Of a stretch of 64,000 bases of DNA, positions 10,901 through 23,120 are shown piece after piece. Source of the stretch: Mobula hypostoma (taxonomy: Eukaryota); contig NC_086097.1 of NCBI RefSeq assembly GCF_963921235.1, positions 228,658,001 through 228,722,000 of the forward strand, in the 5' to 3' direction. Below the pieces are notes generated by a model. It did not search any database. It saw only the letters and a list, made by a program, of their open reading frames with translations, and was not told the origin of the DNA. Numbering within the stretch: position 1 is the stretch's first letter; the number at the start of each line of letters is the position of its first letter. The position numbers and the translations under genes are program-made.

Positions 10901-13859
10901 CGACACCGGGCATCAACGACCGCCTGATGACACTTCAGCTCCCACTTGCAAACAAGAAGAGTGCTACGCTGATTAGTGCCTATGCTCCCACCATGACCAA
11001 CACAGATGACATTAAAGACAAGTTCTATGAAGAACTCGATGCCCTCATCTCAGCAATCCCACAGTCAGAGAAACTCATCGTTCTCGGGGACTTCAATGCC
11101 AGAGTAGGGACAGACTACCAAACCTGGGAAGGGATCATTGGAAGACACGGCACTGGCAAGTGTAACAGCAACAGCCTTCTGCTCCTCAAGACGTGTGCCA
11201 CACACGACCTTGTCATCACCAACACCCTGTTCCACCTACCCACCCGTAAGAAGACGTCACGGGCACCCACGCTCGAAGCACTGGCATCTGATTGACTACA
11301 TCATCACCAGAAAGAGGGACAGGATGGATGTCAGAGTGACGAGAGCCATGTGTGGTGCCGACTGCTGGACCGACCACCGCCTCATTGTGTCCAAGTTCAG
11401 GCTTCGCATTCTGCCCATGAGAAGACCTCAAGGGCAGAAGACTGCAAAGAGGTTGAATGTCTCCAAGCTGAAAAGCAGCAGGGTTGCAGAAGAATTCGTC
11501 GATGACCTTGAAGGCAGACCGCCAGACACACCACAGGATGACGGGACCAGGGTTGAGGAACAGTGGACGGCCTTCAGAGACACTGTCTACACTACCGCCC
11601 TTGACCATCTCAGACCAGCAACCCGAAGAAACCAAGACTGGTTCGATGAGAATGATGAAGAAATACAGGCACTACTAACGGAGAAACATCAACATTACAG
11701 AGCGCATCAGAACGACCCCACGTCGCTAGCCAAGAAAGATGCCTGTACCAACGCAAGAAGAAAGGTGCAGAAAAAACTTCGCGAGATGCAGGACAGCTGA
11801 TTCAGCAAGAAGGCCGATGAAATCCAGGGCTATGCAGACAACCATGACATAAAGCGCTTCTACGATGTGCTTAAGGCTGTATACGGACCCCAGTCCTCCG
11901 GCTCCTCACCCCTCCTCAACGCAGATGAGACACAGCTGCTGACAGAGAAGAAGCAGATTCTGGATCGGTGGGCTGAGCACTTTAACAACATCCTTAACCG
12001 CCCTGCCGACATCAACGACGAGGCCATTGCATGCCTGCCCCAGGTAGATATCAACAAGAACCTCGACACCCTCCCCACAGTAGATGAAGTCAGGAAGGCA
12101 GTGAAGCAACTCTCCTGTGGCAAAGCGCCAGGACCCGATGCAATCCCTGCTGAGGGATACAAAGCAGGAGGCCCTGTCATGATGCAAAAGCTGACTGTTC
12201 TCTCCCAGTCCATGTGGAAAAAGGGACAGGTCCCGCAACAGCTGAAAGATGCCAGCATAGTCCACATCTACAAGAGGAAAGGCAACCGCCAGTCTTGCGA
12301 CAACCACCGAGGCATCTCCCTCTTGTCCATCGCGGGGAAGATTCTGGCCCGCGTCCTGCTCAACCGCCTTCTCCAACATCTTGAGCAAGGTCTGCTCCCA
12401 GAAAGCCAGTGCGGCTTCCGTGCTGAATGTGGGACCGCGGACATGATTTTTGCTGCGCGCCAACTCCAGGAAAAATGCCAGGAGCAGCACAGCGACCTCT
12501 TCGTGACCTTTGTCGATCTAACCAAGGCTTTCGGTACGGTCAGCAGAGAAGGCTTGTGGAAGATCATGGAGAAGTTTGGCTGCCCCAGCAAGTTCATCAC
12601 AATCGTCCGGCAGTTCCACGACGGTATGATGGTGAAAGTTCTGGATGACGGCGACGAGTCGGAGGCCTTCCCAGTGACAAATGGCGTCAAACAAGGCTGC
12701 GTTCTTGCCCCGACTCTGTTCAGTATGGTATTCTCTGCCATGCTGACAGATGCCTTCCATAACTATGAAGAAGGAATCCACGTCAGATACAGGACTGACA
12801 GCAGGTTGTTCAACCTTAGGCGCCTGCAGGCAGTTACAAAGGTGCGAGAGACTGTCATCAGAGACTTGCTGTTTGCTGATGACTGCACACTCAACGCCAG
12901 CACAGAGCAGGAGATGCAGCGTGAAACAGACTGCTTCTCACAAGCCTGCGACAACTTCGGTCTCACTATCAGCACCAAAAAGGCCGAAGTTATGTACCAG
13001 CCTGCCCCAGGAAAGCCATACCAGGAGCCGCGCATCACGGCGAAGGGCCAGAACCTCCAGGCAGTCGACAACTTCACCTACCTGGGCAGCATACTCTCTC
13101 GCGCAGTGAACATAGATGCTGAGGTCAACAACAGGATTGCCAAAGCCAGCACCGCCTTTGGGAGACTCCGTGAGAACGTCTGGGAGCGGAGAGGACCCAG
13201 CCTTACCACCAAGCTGAAGGTCTACTGTGCAGTGGTCCTTACCACCCTCCTTTACGCCAGCGAGACCTGGACTGTCTACAGCAGACACGCCAAACAGCTC
13301 AACCACTTTCACCTGAGCTGTCTCCGCAGACTCCTCCACATCAGGTGGCAGGACAAAGTCCCCGACACGGAAATCCTGGAACGAGTTGGGCTCTGCAGCG
13401 TCTACACCCTCCTGCTGAAAGCCCAAGCCAGGTGGGCTGGACATGTGGTCAGAATGCCAGACAGCTGATTGCCTAAGCAGCTGCTGTACGGAGAACTGTG
13501 TCAGGGCCAGTGCTCAGTCGGGGGGCAGAAGAAACGTTACAAAGACTGCCTGAAAGCGTCCCTCAAAGGCCTGGGTGTCGACATCAACACGTGGGAGACG
13601 CTTGCCCTCGACCGTCCAGCTTAGCGCAGCAAGATCACCACAGGAGCCCGTGCAGCTGAAGTCCGGCGCATCATCGAGGCGCAAGGCCCGAGCAGCATCC
13701 ACTGCCACGACAGCTCCCACCCACTTGTGTCCCACATGTGGGCAAGCCTTCAGGGCCCAGATTGGCCTCATCAGTCACCTCCAGACCCACAGCCACCAAT
13801 CTCCCATTTGACTTTGAAGCCATGGTCATCTTCGACTACGAAGGACAAACAACAACAAC
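10901..13859 (+). mobile_element. Young, 5'-truncated RTE-clade LINE
   Basis: AP endonuclease (SAYAPT, VLGDFNARVG, IDYII, TDHRL), RT, a C-terminal C2H2 motif (CPTCGQAF...LISHLQTH), an (ACA)n tail, and TSD AATGATT at 10894-10900 and 13860-13866. Confidence 0.93.
11867..13468 (+). pseudogene. RTE LINE reverse transcriptase, 533-codon open segment
   Basis: KAPGPDAIP, NHRGISLLS, ESQCGFR, FVDLTKAF, GVKQGCVLAPTLF, LLFADD, YLGS. Bounded by in-frame stops at ~11798 and ~13466; a frameshift lies upstream near 11260. Confidence 0.93.
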
Positions 13860-14489
13860 AATGATTTCACCAACACAGGGGGACTCCCATCACTAGTCTG
13901 CTGAAGTACAGATGCCAATAACAACAATGCTTTCATCTCTTTGCCATGATGATTGGCTATAAGAGGGCGTAGAAATAATAATTAATTGTTTCTTGGAGAG
14001 AAACACTGGAGTAATGCAAAACTTGAAATTATCCAGGAGAATATGTGCAGATATATGATTAACATGGAATTTTCAAAAATGTGCCTTGCATTGATGCTCT
14101 AATATAAATAAGTCTTAATATAAATAATATAAATAACCTACAGTAAACACTAACTGAGACACGTAGCATGTAATTACCCTGTTAAAGCAGAATGGGTTAG
14201 GGACACACTCTCAAGGTTACTTCAGGGAGGAGATGCAAGCATATTTCTCATTGTTGTGTTTCAGGTAGTGGCTGGGCAGGAGGTTTTTATTTTGTGTTGT
14301 AGATCAGAGGCAATCATTACAGAAAAACATGGATTGGGCAAATTCTATAGCAACAACTGAGTAGAGCCAAAATTATATTGCACATGTGGTCCATTTCTAG
14401 GTAGCCAAATGACACAGGATTATGTATCCATCTTCAGGCTCATCCAGGAGAAAGAGGTTAGTGTGATTCTTTCTTTTCAAATGCGAATG

Positions 14490-15180
14490 AAAGACATTCA
14501 GCCCATCAGTGAGTGAGGCATCACCCTCATTCATGCTATTTGGTTTCATGCTGTTATAAGATGTATTGTCATACAAATCCAGCCACAGCTGTCATCTATC
14601 CAATGTGTCTCTTGCTTCACTCAGAATTGCCTTTTCAGCCTCACAATGGCCTTCCATAGGTCATACCAGGACCTCTTGTAGGATTCTGGGCCATCAGTCT
14701 TGAATACCACAGGTCTAGCTCTCAGCAGACTGTAAATGTCCTCGTTCATCTAGGGCTTCTTGTTTGGGACGAGTTGTTGAGTTCTTCAAGGCTCACGCTC
14801 GGCCATGCAGGCTTTGATGAAGTCTGTGTCGGCCATGACATCGGCATTCAAATCCGACAATGTATCCCTCCCTGAATATGGATCGTCTTCCAATTCAAAG
14901 CATTCGTTAACCACACCCTCATGGTCCTCACCACCGATGCTGTGGTTGGCCCATCTGGCGGGAGAAGAAATAGGGCCAGCTGATCGAACTGGCCAAAACG
15001 CAGGTGTGGGGCAGCACAGCAGGTGTTCTTGACGGTGGTGTAACAGCAACTGAGTGTGTTGGCTCCTCTGAATCCACAGGTGACATTTGGTGGTAATTGG
15101 TCAGAGACTTCCTCAAGCCAGTCTGGTTGAAGACCCCGCAGATAAATGAGCAACTTAGATTCCTGCTGGCTCAAAAGTTT
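14490..15180 (-). mobile_element. Rex1/Babar-type LINE ORF2 fragment (end of EN, tether)
   Basis: Minus-strand translation VTCGFRGANTLSCCYTTVKN...FGQFDQLALFLLP resembles the Rex1-type TRGxNTLDHCYT/FGKSDH region. Confidence 0.65.
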
Positions 15181-15261
15181 GCAATTGCCTCAATAAATCC
15201 AGCTAATAATAGCAGCCACCATATCTTTACTAAGTAATTCTGCACTTTGATGAATCCTCAT

Positions 15262-15845
15262 GAAGTTCAAGTTCAGTGTGTTGTCATTCATTACACTGAA
15301 TATAATTGGGTGGAAGAAAGCATAATCGGAAGGAAGCCATTACGTATATAGCCCCAAATGAAACGATATTCCTCTGGACCAAGGTGTACAACACATCACA
15401 TATAACTCACACATACAACACATGAAGTAATATTACCACAAATAAATTAACAAATAATGAGGTGTATATAGGATACAAGTTAAAATAATAAACAGTATAA
15501 TGCCATTGGCTCTTCATAAGTGATAAGACCCAGGTGGTGGCAGGAAGTTCAGTAGTTTTACAACCTGGGAGAAGAAGCCATTTCCCATTCTAACAGTTTT
15601 TGTCCTAATGTTATGGTACCTCCTGCCTGATGGTAAGGAGTCAGACATTGATGGACGGATGGGAGGGATGATTGATAATGCTAAGGGTCCTGCATACATA
15701 GCATTCTGGATAATTATCTCTGATGGGTGGAAGAGAGGTCGGGTGATCCTCTCAGCAATCCTTGCAATCCTATGTAGGGATTGTGGTCAGATGCCTTGCA
15801 ACTCCCATACCCGATGGTGATACAGCTGGTAACAACACTCTCATT
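15262..15845 (-). mobile_element. Rex1/Babar-type LINE 3' end
   Basis: LPSGRRY...RMGNGFF.QVVKLLN motif followed by a 3' UTR and a (TGAACT)n tail. Confidence 0.7.
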
Positions 15846-15876
15846 GTCTGCATGCATATTTTATTCTTCTTTTCAA

Positions 15877-16250
15877 AGGTTTCAAATGTATATTTCATGT
15901 CAGGGAAATGTATACAATATACATCCTGAAATTCTTTTTCTTCGCAAACATCCGTGAAAACAGAGGAGTGCCCCGAAGAATGAATGACAGTTAAATGTTA
16001 GAACCCCAAAGCACCCCCGCCTCCCCCCACCCACATATAAGCAGTAGCAAAGCGACAACCCTTCCCCCTCCCCCACCAGCAAGAAAGAGCATTGGCTCCC
16101 CCCACTGTGCACTCAAGCGTGCAGCAAAGCACCAATAAAGACACAGACTCATAGTACTCCAAAAGACTACTCATCCACCCAGTATTTTGACATACCACAG
16201 GCTTTCTCCCTCCCTAATAAGGGAAAAAAAAGGTGTCCCCATTTCACATA
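15877..16250 (-). repeat. Interspersed repeat (probable LINE 3' UTR), copy 1
   Basis: Closely similar to 17740-17980 (ATACAATATACRTCCTGAAATTCTTTTTCTTCGCAAACATCC...GACAGTTAAA). Confidence 0.7.
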
Positions 16251-16730
16251 AAGTTTTAAAAGGTTTTATCTTAGTAGTGTTCCTGTGCAGTATTGATAAC
16301 CACAATATGTACTGTATATAGTAAGAGCACAGTTCAGATCAATGAAACTGTGACTGGTTTGACCCCAACCAATTGCCAGCTCAGGAGAAACAAGTAAGCC
16401 ATATGGCCACCTTAAATCTCTCTGACAACTATTAAGCAATGAAAGAGTATGATTCTAGAAATTCCACTGTGGCCAGTACGCAAGACTATGATTTCTACGA
16501 GGAAAACTATCAGATGGATTGTAAAGTCTTCCATTACTTTGCTTATGGCAGACAGGGTTAAGGTTGCACCCAATAAATGCACAATGCTTGTCCTTGTGAT
16601 ATTTTCTGTGAGATTCAGTTCTCTAGAGGAAGCCAAAACTGCTGAGGGGCAATCAAATTGTGAGGCCATCAGCTAAGGGCTAGTTTTGTGGATGACTGTT
16701 GACTCATGCACCTACCAACCTTTGCTACTT

Positions 16731-16951
16731 CAAACACGAGAAAATGTGAAGATGCTGGAAATCCAAAGCAACACACACAAAATGCTGGAGGAACTCTAGC
16801 AGCACCTAATGAAAAGAATAAACAGTCAATGTTTTAGGCCAAGACCCTTCTTTAGGACTAATGAAGGGTCTCGGCCCAAAACATCAACTGTTTACTCTTT
16901 TCCATAGATGCTGCTCGGTCTGCTGAGTTCTTCCACCATTTTGTGTGTGAG
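16731..16951. mobile_element. Fold-back PLE mini-element
   Basis: Two inverted PLE termini joined at the hammerhead core (~16858); TSD CCTTTGCTACTT (16719-16730) / CCTTTGGTACTT (16952-16963). Confidence 0.85.
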
Positions 16952-17739
16952 CCTTTGGTACTTACTGCCTCCAAGGCTCCAGAGGGGAATTGATGGCATA
17001 TCTGACTAGCCTGGCACGTCAATGGGAAAAGAGCATATACAATAAAGCAAGATATCAAATAGTTCAATGATTCCTATTATGTTTAACAACCAGTTAGCTG
17101 AATTCAGTTTCACAGAAAGAAAGTAAATGAATTCTCAGATATATAACAGAAACAGCGGTTAATCAAAACCAGAGTGATCCAGCACTCTGCTGATAGTAAA
17201 CTCCAGCGAACATATTTAATGTGGAGCACTCAGCTGTTCCCATTTTACAGATTTGCTCATGAAATAGACTAACAAATGTAGACGAAAACATTTTTTTAAA
17301 ATAGGATGATCAGTAGTGACAGACCTTGCGACAGAGAAAAAAAAATGCCTTCTGGCAGCCACACGGCCAGCCACTGCTCTCATATAGAAACCGCATAAAA
17401 GCTCATTTTTGCCTTCAGTCTTCAGCCCAAGAGAGTCATTTAACAGGAAAATTTAGCAATATGCTCCTCATGTTTCTTTGTACTCCTTTGATTGACCATT
17501 AAACCGACATCTCAGGAACTGTTATGTTCTAAAATATCTCAGTGCTGCACATCACACAACTGTCAGCTCTCTAATGCAATGGTGGTCAGATTATTAATGG
17601 CATCATGATTTGATGCAATTGTTTAATGTGGCAAATTGCAGAACAACAGATAATACAAGAGCAAAGTCATACAAAAGAGAAGCTTAACCTCTTTTGTCCA
17701 ATTTTCAGGTACAAATGAGGTACCCCGATCTGTACCTGA

Positions 17740-17980
17740 GGTTTCAATTGAATGTCAGAGAAATTTATACAATATACGTCCTGAAATTCTTTTTCTTCGC
17801 AAACATCCATGAAAGCAGGGGAGTGCCCCAAAGAATAAATGACAGTTAAATATTAGAATCCCCAAGCCCCCCCCCGCAACTTCACCTCCATGCATAAACT
17901 GCAGCAAAAGCAATGATACCCCCCCTCCCCACCAGCAAAAAACAACGGCAGCAACCCCCCCCCCCACCGAGGACTCAAGG
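17740..17980 (-). repeat. Interspersed repeat, copy 2 of 15877-16250
   Basis: Direct sequence similarity to 15877-16120. Confidence 0.7.
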
Positions 17981-18539
17981 GTCTGGAGGGTATTTCTTGC
18001 TATCAGGTTACTTTAAACTATCTTAGACCTTTTACTCAAACAGTAAATAACATTCAGAGGTCTAACGTATTTTAGGATCACAAATAGAGTCTATAGTGAT
18101 CTAACAAATTGCCTCTCCTCATACCACCCTTGGCTTATCTATGGGACACAGGCTGCATCAAGACATTTGCTCCTTTTTCTGCTTTATAGAGATAAAACCC
18201 AAGCCTCAATTAGCCCTCATCTTCAGCCGCTTCTATGCTGGAGGTGGGTAAAAGTATTTGGACTGCATGTGTACCATTGCATATTTTCTGAATTAATAGC
18301 GAGCTATTAAGATTCAAACCTTATTTGCTTTTGCCCTTTTAAGTATATTTGATTCTGTCATAAAATATTAGTGAAATAATGGGGTTATGATTTGACTTGG
18401 ACTCTTGTCTTAAACAGGAACCTAGATGTTCATCAAACGTTTCACTCCACCTCACTTTAATAACTTGGATGAACTGTCATGGTGGCTGTGTAACAAGTGT
18501 CGGCTTCTACATTGCCTGTATTTCTACATTATGATTATT

Positions 18540-18645
18540 ATCCATTCTGTTATGGATTTATTGAGTATGCCTTCAAGAAAATGAATCTCGGTGTTTTATA
18601 TGTGAGATATATGTACTTTGATAATCTATTTGCTTTGAACTTTGC
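18540..18645 (+). mobile_element. Rex1-type LINE 3' UTR remnant
   Basis: ATATGTACTTTGATAAT...TTTGAACTTTG, matching 57130-57226 and the reverse complement of 20757-20850. Confidence 0.6.
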
Positions 18646-20756
18646 TCTGTGTCTCACAAACACCTCGGTGTTAACAATCCGACACAATGAATTAATTTAC
18701 CAAGTCTTATATGGCTGCCCAATCACCGTGCCTTGTTCCCATGAGTCGATATCAATAGAACTTGCAAGCCAAAGTGTTTACAGAAAATGCTGAAAGTAAT
18801 GCTACTCGGGAGCATTTAAACTAGTTTTGCAGGGGCCTGGGAAGCGAAGCACCAGGTCAATAGGTGAAGGATCAGATAGGAAGGTAGATGTCAGGGAAAG
18901 TATTGAAAGGCAAAATGAGGTATGATGGGTCGGATAGTTTGAAGTGTGTGTATTTTAATGCTGGGTGTACTGTATTCTGGGTAAAGTTGATGAATTTAGA
19001 ACATGGATGAGTACGTGGACCTACAATGTTGTGGCCATTACTGAAACTTGGTTGAGTGAGGGACAGGAATGGGTGATTAATGTACCATGTTTTCAAAGTT
19101 TTAGGAAAGATAAAGAGAATATCACTGCTGCACTCAGGGGAAACATTATGGAGGGATCAGATACTGAGTCCATTTGGATAGAACTCAGGGATAGGAAGGG
19201 TGCAATCACACTGATGGAATTGTACTGTGGGTCCCCCAATAGGCACTGGGACATTGAGGAACAGATATGTAAACAGATTGAGGAAATGTGTAAAAATAAT
19301 AGCGTTGTTGTCATGGGGATCTCAGCTTCCCTAATATAGACTGGGGTCTTCTTTGTGCAAGGGGTTTAGATGGGGTAGAATTTGTAAAGTGTATCCAGGA
19401 AGGGTTATTAACTCAATATGTCGACAGTCCAATGTCCAACGTATTGGACTACGTGTTGGGTAATGAGCCTGGTCCGGTGACTGAACTTTCAGTGGGTGAG
19501 CAGTCAGGGAACAGTGACCACAATGCCTTAACTTTCAGGATAGTTATGGTCCTTGCAGGAGAGTTTTAAATTGGAGTAGGGCAAATTATAAGGGGATTAG
19601 GCAGGAACTAAGAGTTAATTGGGAACACCTTTTTACTGGCAAGTCCACATCAGAGATGTGGAGGGTGTTTAAAGATCAATTGCACAGAGTACAGGAAAGG
19701 TATGTTCCTATTAGAAGCAAGGACAAGGATAGAGTGGTAAGAGATTAGGTGTCCAGAGAGGTGATGAACTTAGTCAAGAAGAAAAATGAAAAGTATGTAA
19801 AGCTTCGGAAGCTAGGATCAAATTGAGCACATGAGGAGTACAAAGAAGACCACAAAGAACTAAAGAACGGAATGAGATAAGACAGGAGGGGCCATGAACA
19901 GTCATTGACAAGTAGGATTAAGGTGGATCCCAAGGCATTCTAAACATACATATATCGAGAGCAAAAGGATAAGTAGGGAGAGTGTAGGAACACTCTAAGA
20001 TAAAGAGAGGAACATTTGCTTGGATGTGCAGAATGTGAGTGAGATACTTTGCCTAGTATTTACCAAAGAAAAGGACATGGAGGACCAGGAGATCGGTGCC
20101 GAGTATTTAAATATGTTAGAGCATTAAGAGGTTAAGGAAGAAGGGTTTCCTAATGAGTACTAAGGTGGATAAGTCTCCAGGGCCTGATGGGATTTCCCCA
20201 GGTTATTGAGGAAGGCAACAGACAAGATTGCTGGGGCCTTGACCAGTACCTTCATGCCCTCTTTAGGCATAGGTGAGGTCCCAGAGGACTGGCAAGAGGC
20301 TAATGTTGTACCTTTATTTAAGAAGGGAACAAGGGAAACTCCTGGGAACTATAGATGATGAGTCTCATGTCAGTTGTAGGGAAATTGCTGGAAAATATTC
20401 TTAGGGTGGGATATATGAACATTTGGAAACACATGGGTTAGTTCAGGAGAGCTAGCATGGCTTTGTGTGGGGCAGGATGTATTTTACCAACTTGATTGAG
20501 TTTTTTGACAAGGTGACGAGAGAGATTGATGAAGGTAGGGCAGTAGATGTTGCCTACATGGATTACGTCTATAAGGTGTTTTGACAAAGTCCCTCATGGG
20601 AGGCAAATCCAGAAGATTAAGATGCATGGGGATTGTGGTGAATTGGCTGTTTGAATTCAGAACTAGCTTGTGCATAGAATACAGAGGGTAGTGGTTGAGA
20701 CGACTTAATCAGGCTGGAGGGATCTGTGCTGGGAACTCTTCTGTTTGTGATGTAAA

Positions 20757-22515
20757 GTTCAAAGTTGAAAGTTCATTTTATTATCAGAGTACATATATGT
20801 CACTACATACAACCCTAAGATTCACATTCCTGTGGGCATACTCAGCAGATCTGTAGAATGGTATCTATAACAGGATCATTAAGATATCATCCAGAGTGCA
20901 GAAGACAACAAACGGTGCAATGCAAATATAAATAATCGCAATAAATAACGAGAACATGTAATTACAAGATAAAGAGTCCTTAAAATGAGATAATTGTTTG
21001 TGGGAACATCTCAAGTAAGTGTAGCTATCCCCTTTTGTTCAGGAGTCTGATGGATATGAACTAGTAACTGTCCTGAACCTGGTGGTGCGAGTCCTGAGGC
21101 TCCTGTACCTTCTACCTGATGGCAGCAGCGAGAAAAGAGCATGGTCTGTGTGGTGAGGATCTCTGATGTAGATGCCGTTTTCCTATGACAGTGTTTCATG
21201 TAGATGTCCTCAGTGGTTGGGAGGGCTTTACCTGAGATGTACTGGGCCGAATCCACTACCTTTTGTATGAGTTTCCGTTCAAAGGCATTGGCGTTTCCAT
21301 ACCAGGCCACGATACAGCCGTCAATCCACTCTCCACTACTCATCTTTAGAAGTTTGTCAAAGTTTTTGATATCATGCCAAATCTCCACATTCTCCTAAGG
21401 AAGTGGAGGCACTGCTGTCGTTTCTTCACAATTGCATTTAACTGCTGGGTCAGGGACAGGATCTCTGAAATAGTAACACCCCGTAATTGAAAGTTGATAA
21501 TCTTCTCCAACTCTGATCCTCTGATGAGTACTGGTTCATGGATCTGTGGTTTCCCTCTCCTGAAGCCTACAATCAGTTCCTTGATCTTGCTGACATTGAG
21601 TGATGAGGTTGTTGTTATGACACCACTCAGCTGAGTTTTCAACCTCATTCCTGTATCTGATTCATCACCACCTTTGATACAGCCTACAATAGTGGTGTCA
21701 TCAGCAAACTTGAATATGGTCTTGGAGCTGTGCTTAGCCACACAGTCATAATGTAAAGCTAGTAGAGCAGGGAGCTAAGTACACAGCCCTGTGGTGCCCC
21801 TGTGCTGATGGAGATTGTGGAGGAGATGATGTTGCCAATCCAAATTGACTGGGGTCTACAATCGAGGAAATCCAGGATCCAATTGTACAATGACGTATTG
21901 AGGCCCAGGCCTTGGAGCGTATTGACTAGTTTTAAGGGGATGATGGTATTGAATGCTGAGCTGTCGTTGATAAAGAACATCTTAATGTACATATCTTTGC
22001 TGTCCAGATGTTTCAGGGTTGAGTGAAGAGCCAATGAGATGGCATCTGCTGTGGACCTGTTGCTCCAGTAGGCAAACTGAAGCAGGTCCAATTTGCCCCT
22101 CGGGCAGGAATTGATATGTTTCAATAGCAGCCTCTCAAAACACCATGACTACGGATTGAAGTGCTGCTAGACGATAGTTAATGAGGCAGGTCACCACGCT
22201 CACCTTAGGCACTGGTGTGGTTGAAGCCTGGCTTGAAGAAGGCGGGCACCACACACTGCTGAAGTGAGAGGTTAAAGGTTAAAGAGTGAACACACCAGCC
22301 AGTTGGTCAGTACAGATCTTTAGCACATGGCCAGCTATTCTATCCAGTCTGGATGCATTCCTTGGATTCGCCCTCCTGAAGATAGCCCAATCGTTATCTT
22401 CAGATACTGAGGTCAAAGGATCTTCAGGACTCATGGGGGCTCCTCCATGTTCTGACAGTCAAAACAAGCAGAGAAGGCATTGAGCTCATCTGGAAGCAAA
22501 GCCCTTCAGTCCCCA
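20757..22515 (-). mobile_element. Rex1/Babar-type LINE (5'-truncated) nested in CR1
   Basis: [50 protein letters not shown]; (GAACTTT)n tail; GTAAA duplicated at 20752-20756 and 22516-22520. Confidence 0.85.
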
Positions 22516-22740
22516 GTAAATAAATGACCTGGATGAAAACGTAGATAGGTGAGTTAGTAAGTTTGTGGATGATACCCTGATTGGTGGAGTTGTGGATTGT
22601 GTAGATGACTGGCAAAGAATACATATAGACCAGTTGCAGATAAGGGCCGGAGAAATGGCAGATGGAGTTTAATCCAGATAAATGTGAAATGTTGCACCTT
22701 GGTAAGGCAAATGCAAGGAGATAGCACTCTGTTAAGGACA

Positions 22741-23120
22741 AGAGTAAACAGTCAACATTTCAGGCTGAGACCCTTCTTCAGGACTGAGAGGGAAAAAGGG
22801 AGATGCCTGAATTAAATGAGGGGAAAGATGCTGGCTGGGAGGTTGGAAGGTGATAGATGGGTGGGAAAGGTCAAGGGCTGGAGCAGAAAGAATCTGATTG
22901 GAGAGGAGAGTGGACAATAGGAGGAAGGGAAGGAGGAGGGTCCCAGGGGGAAGTAAAAGGCAAGTGAAAAGAAGTGAAAGGTCAGAGTGCAGAATAGAGG
23001 AAATGGGCAGAGGGGGTTAATGGATTTTGTTTGACAGAAGGAGAAATCAATATTCATACCATCAGGTTGGAGTGTACCCAGATGGAATATACTGTAAGAT
23101 GTTGCTCCTTCACCCTGAGG
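22741..23120 (-). mobile_element. PLE 3' fragment within CR1
   Basis: IFHLGTLQPDGMNIDFS (GIY-YIG C-terminus) and a decayed hammerhead at ~22750-22786. Confidence 0.8.

Noticed and set aside
11860..13771. Several long minus-strand ORFs (85-194 aa)
   Set aside because: Antisense shadows of the GC-rich RTE ORF with no independent motifs.
16412..16676. ORFs of 75-85 aa as host exons
   Set aside because: The minus-strand LTLSAISKVME resembles the ISLLSIISKVME region of a very old LINE RT; no convincing splice-site pair.
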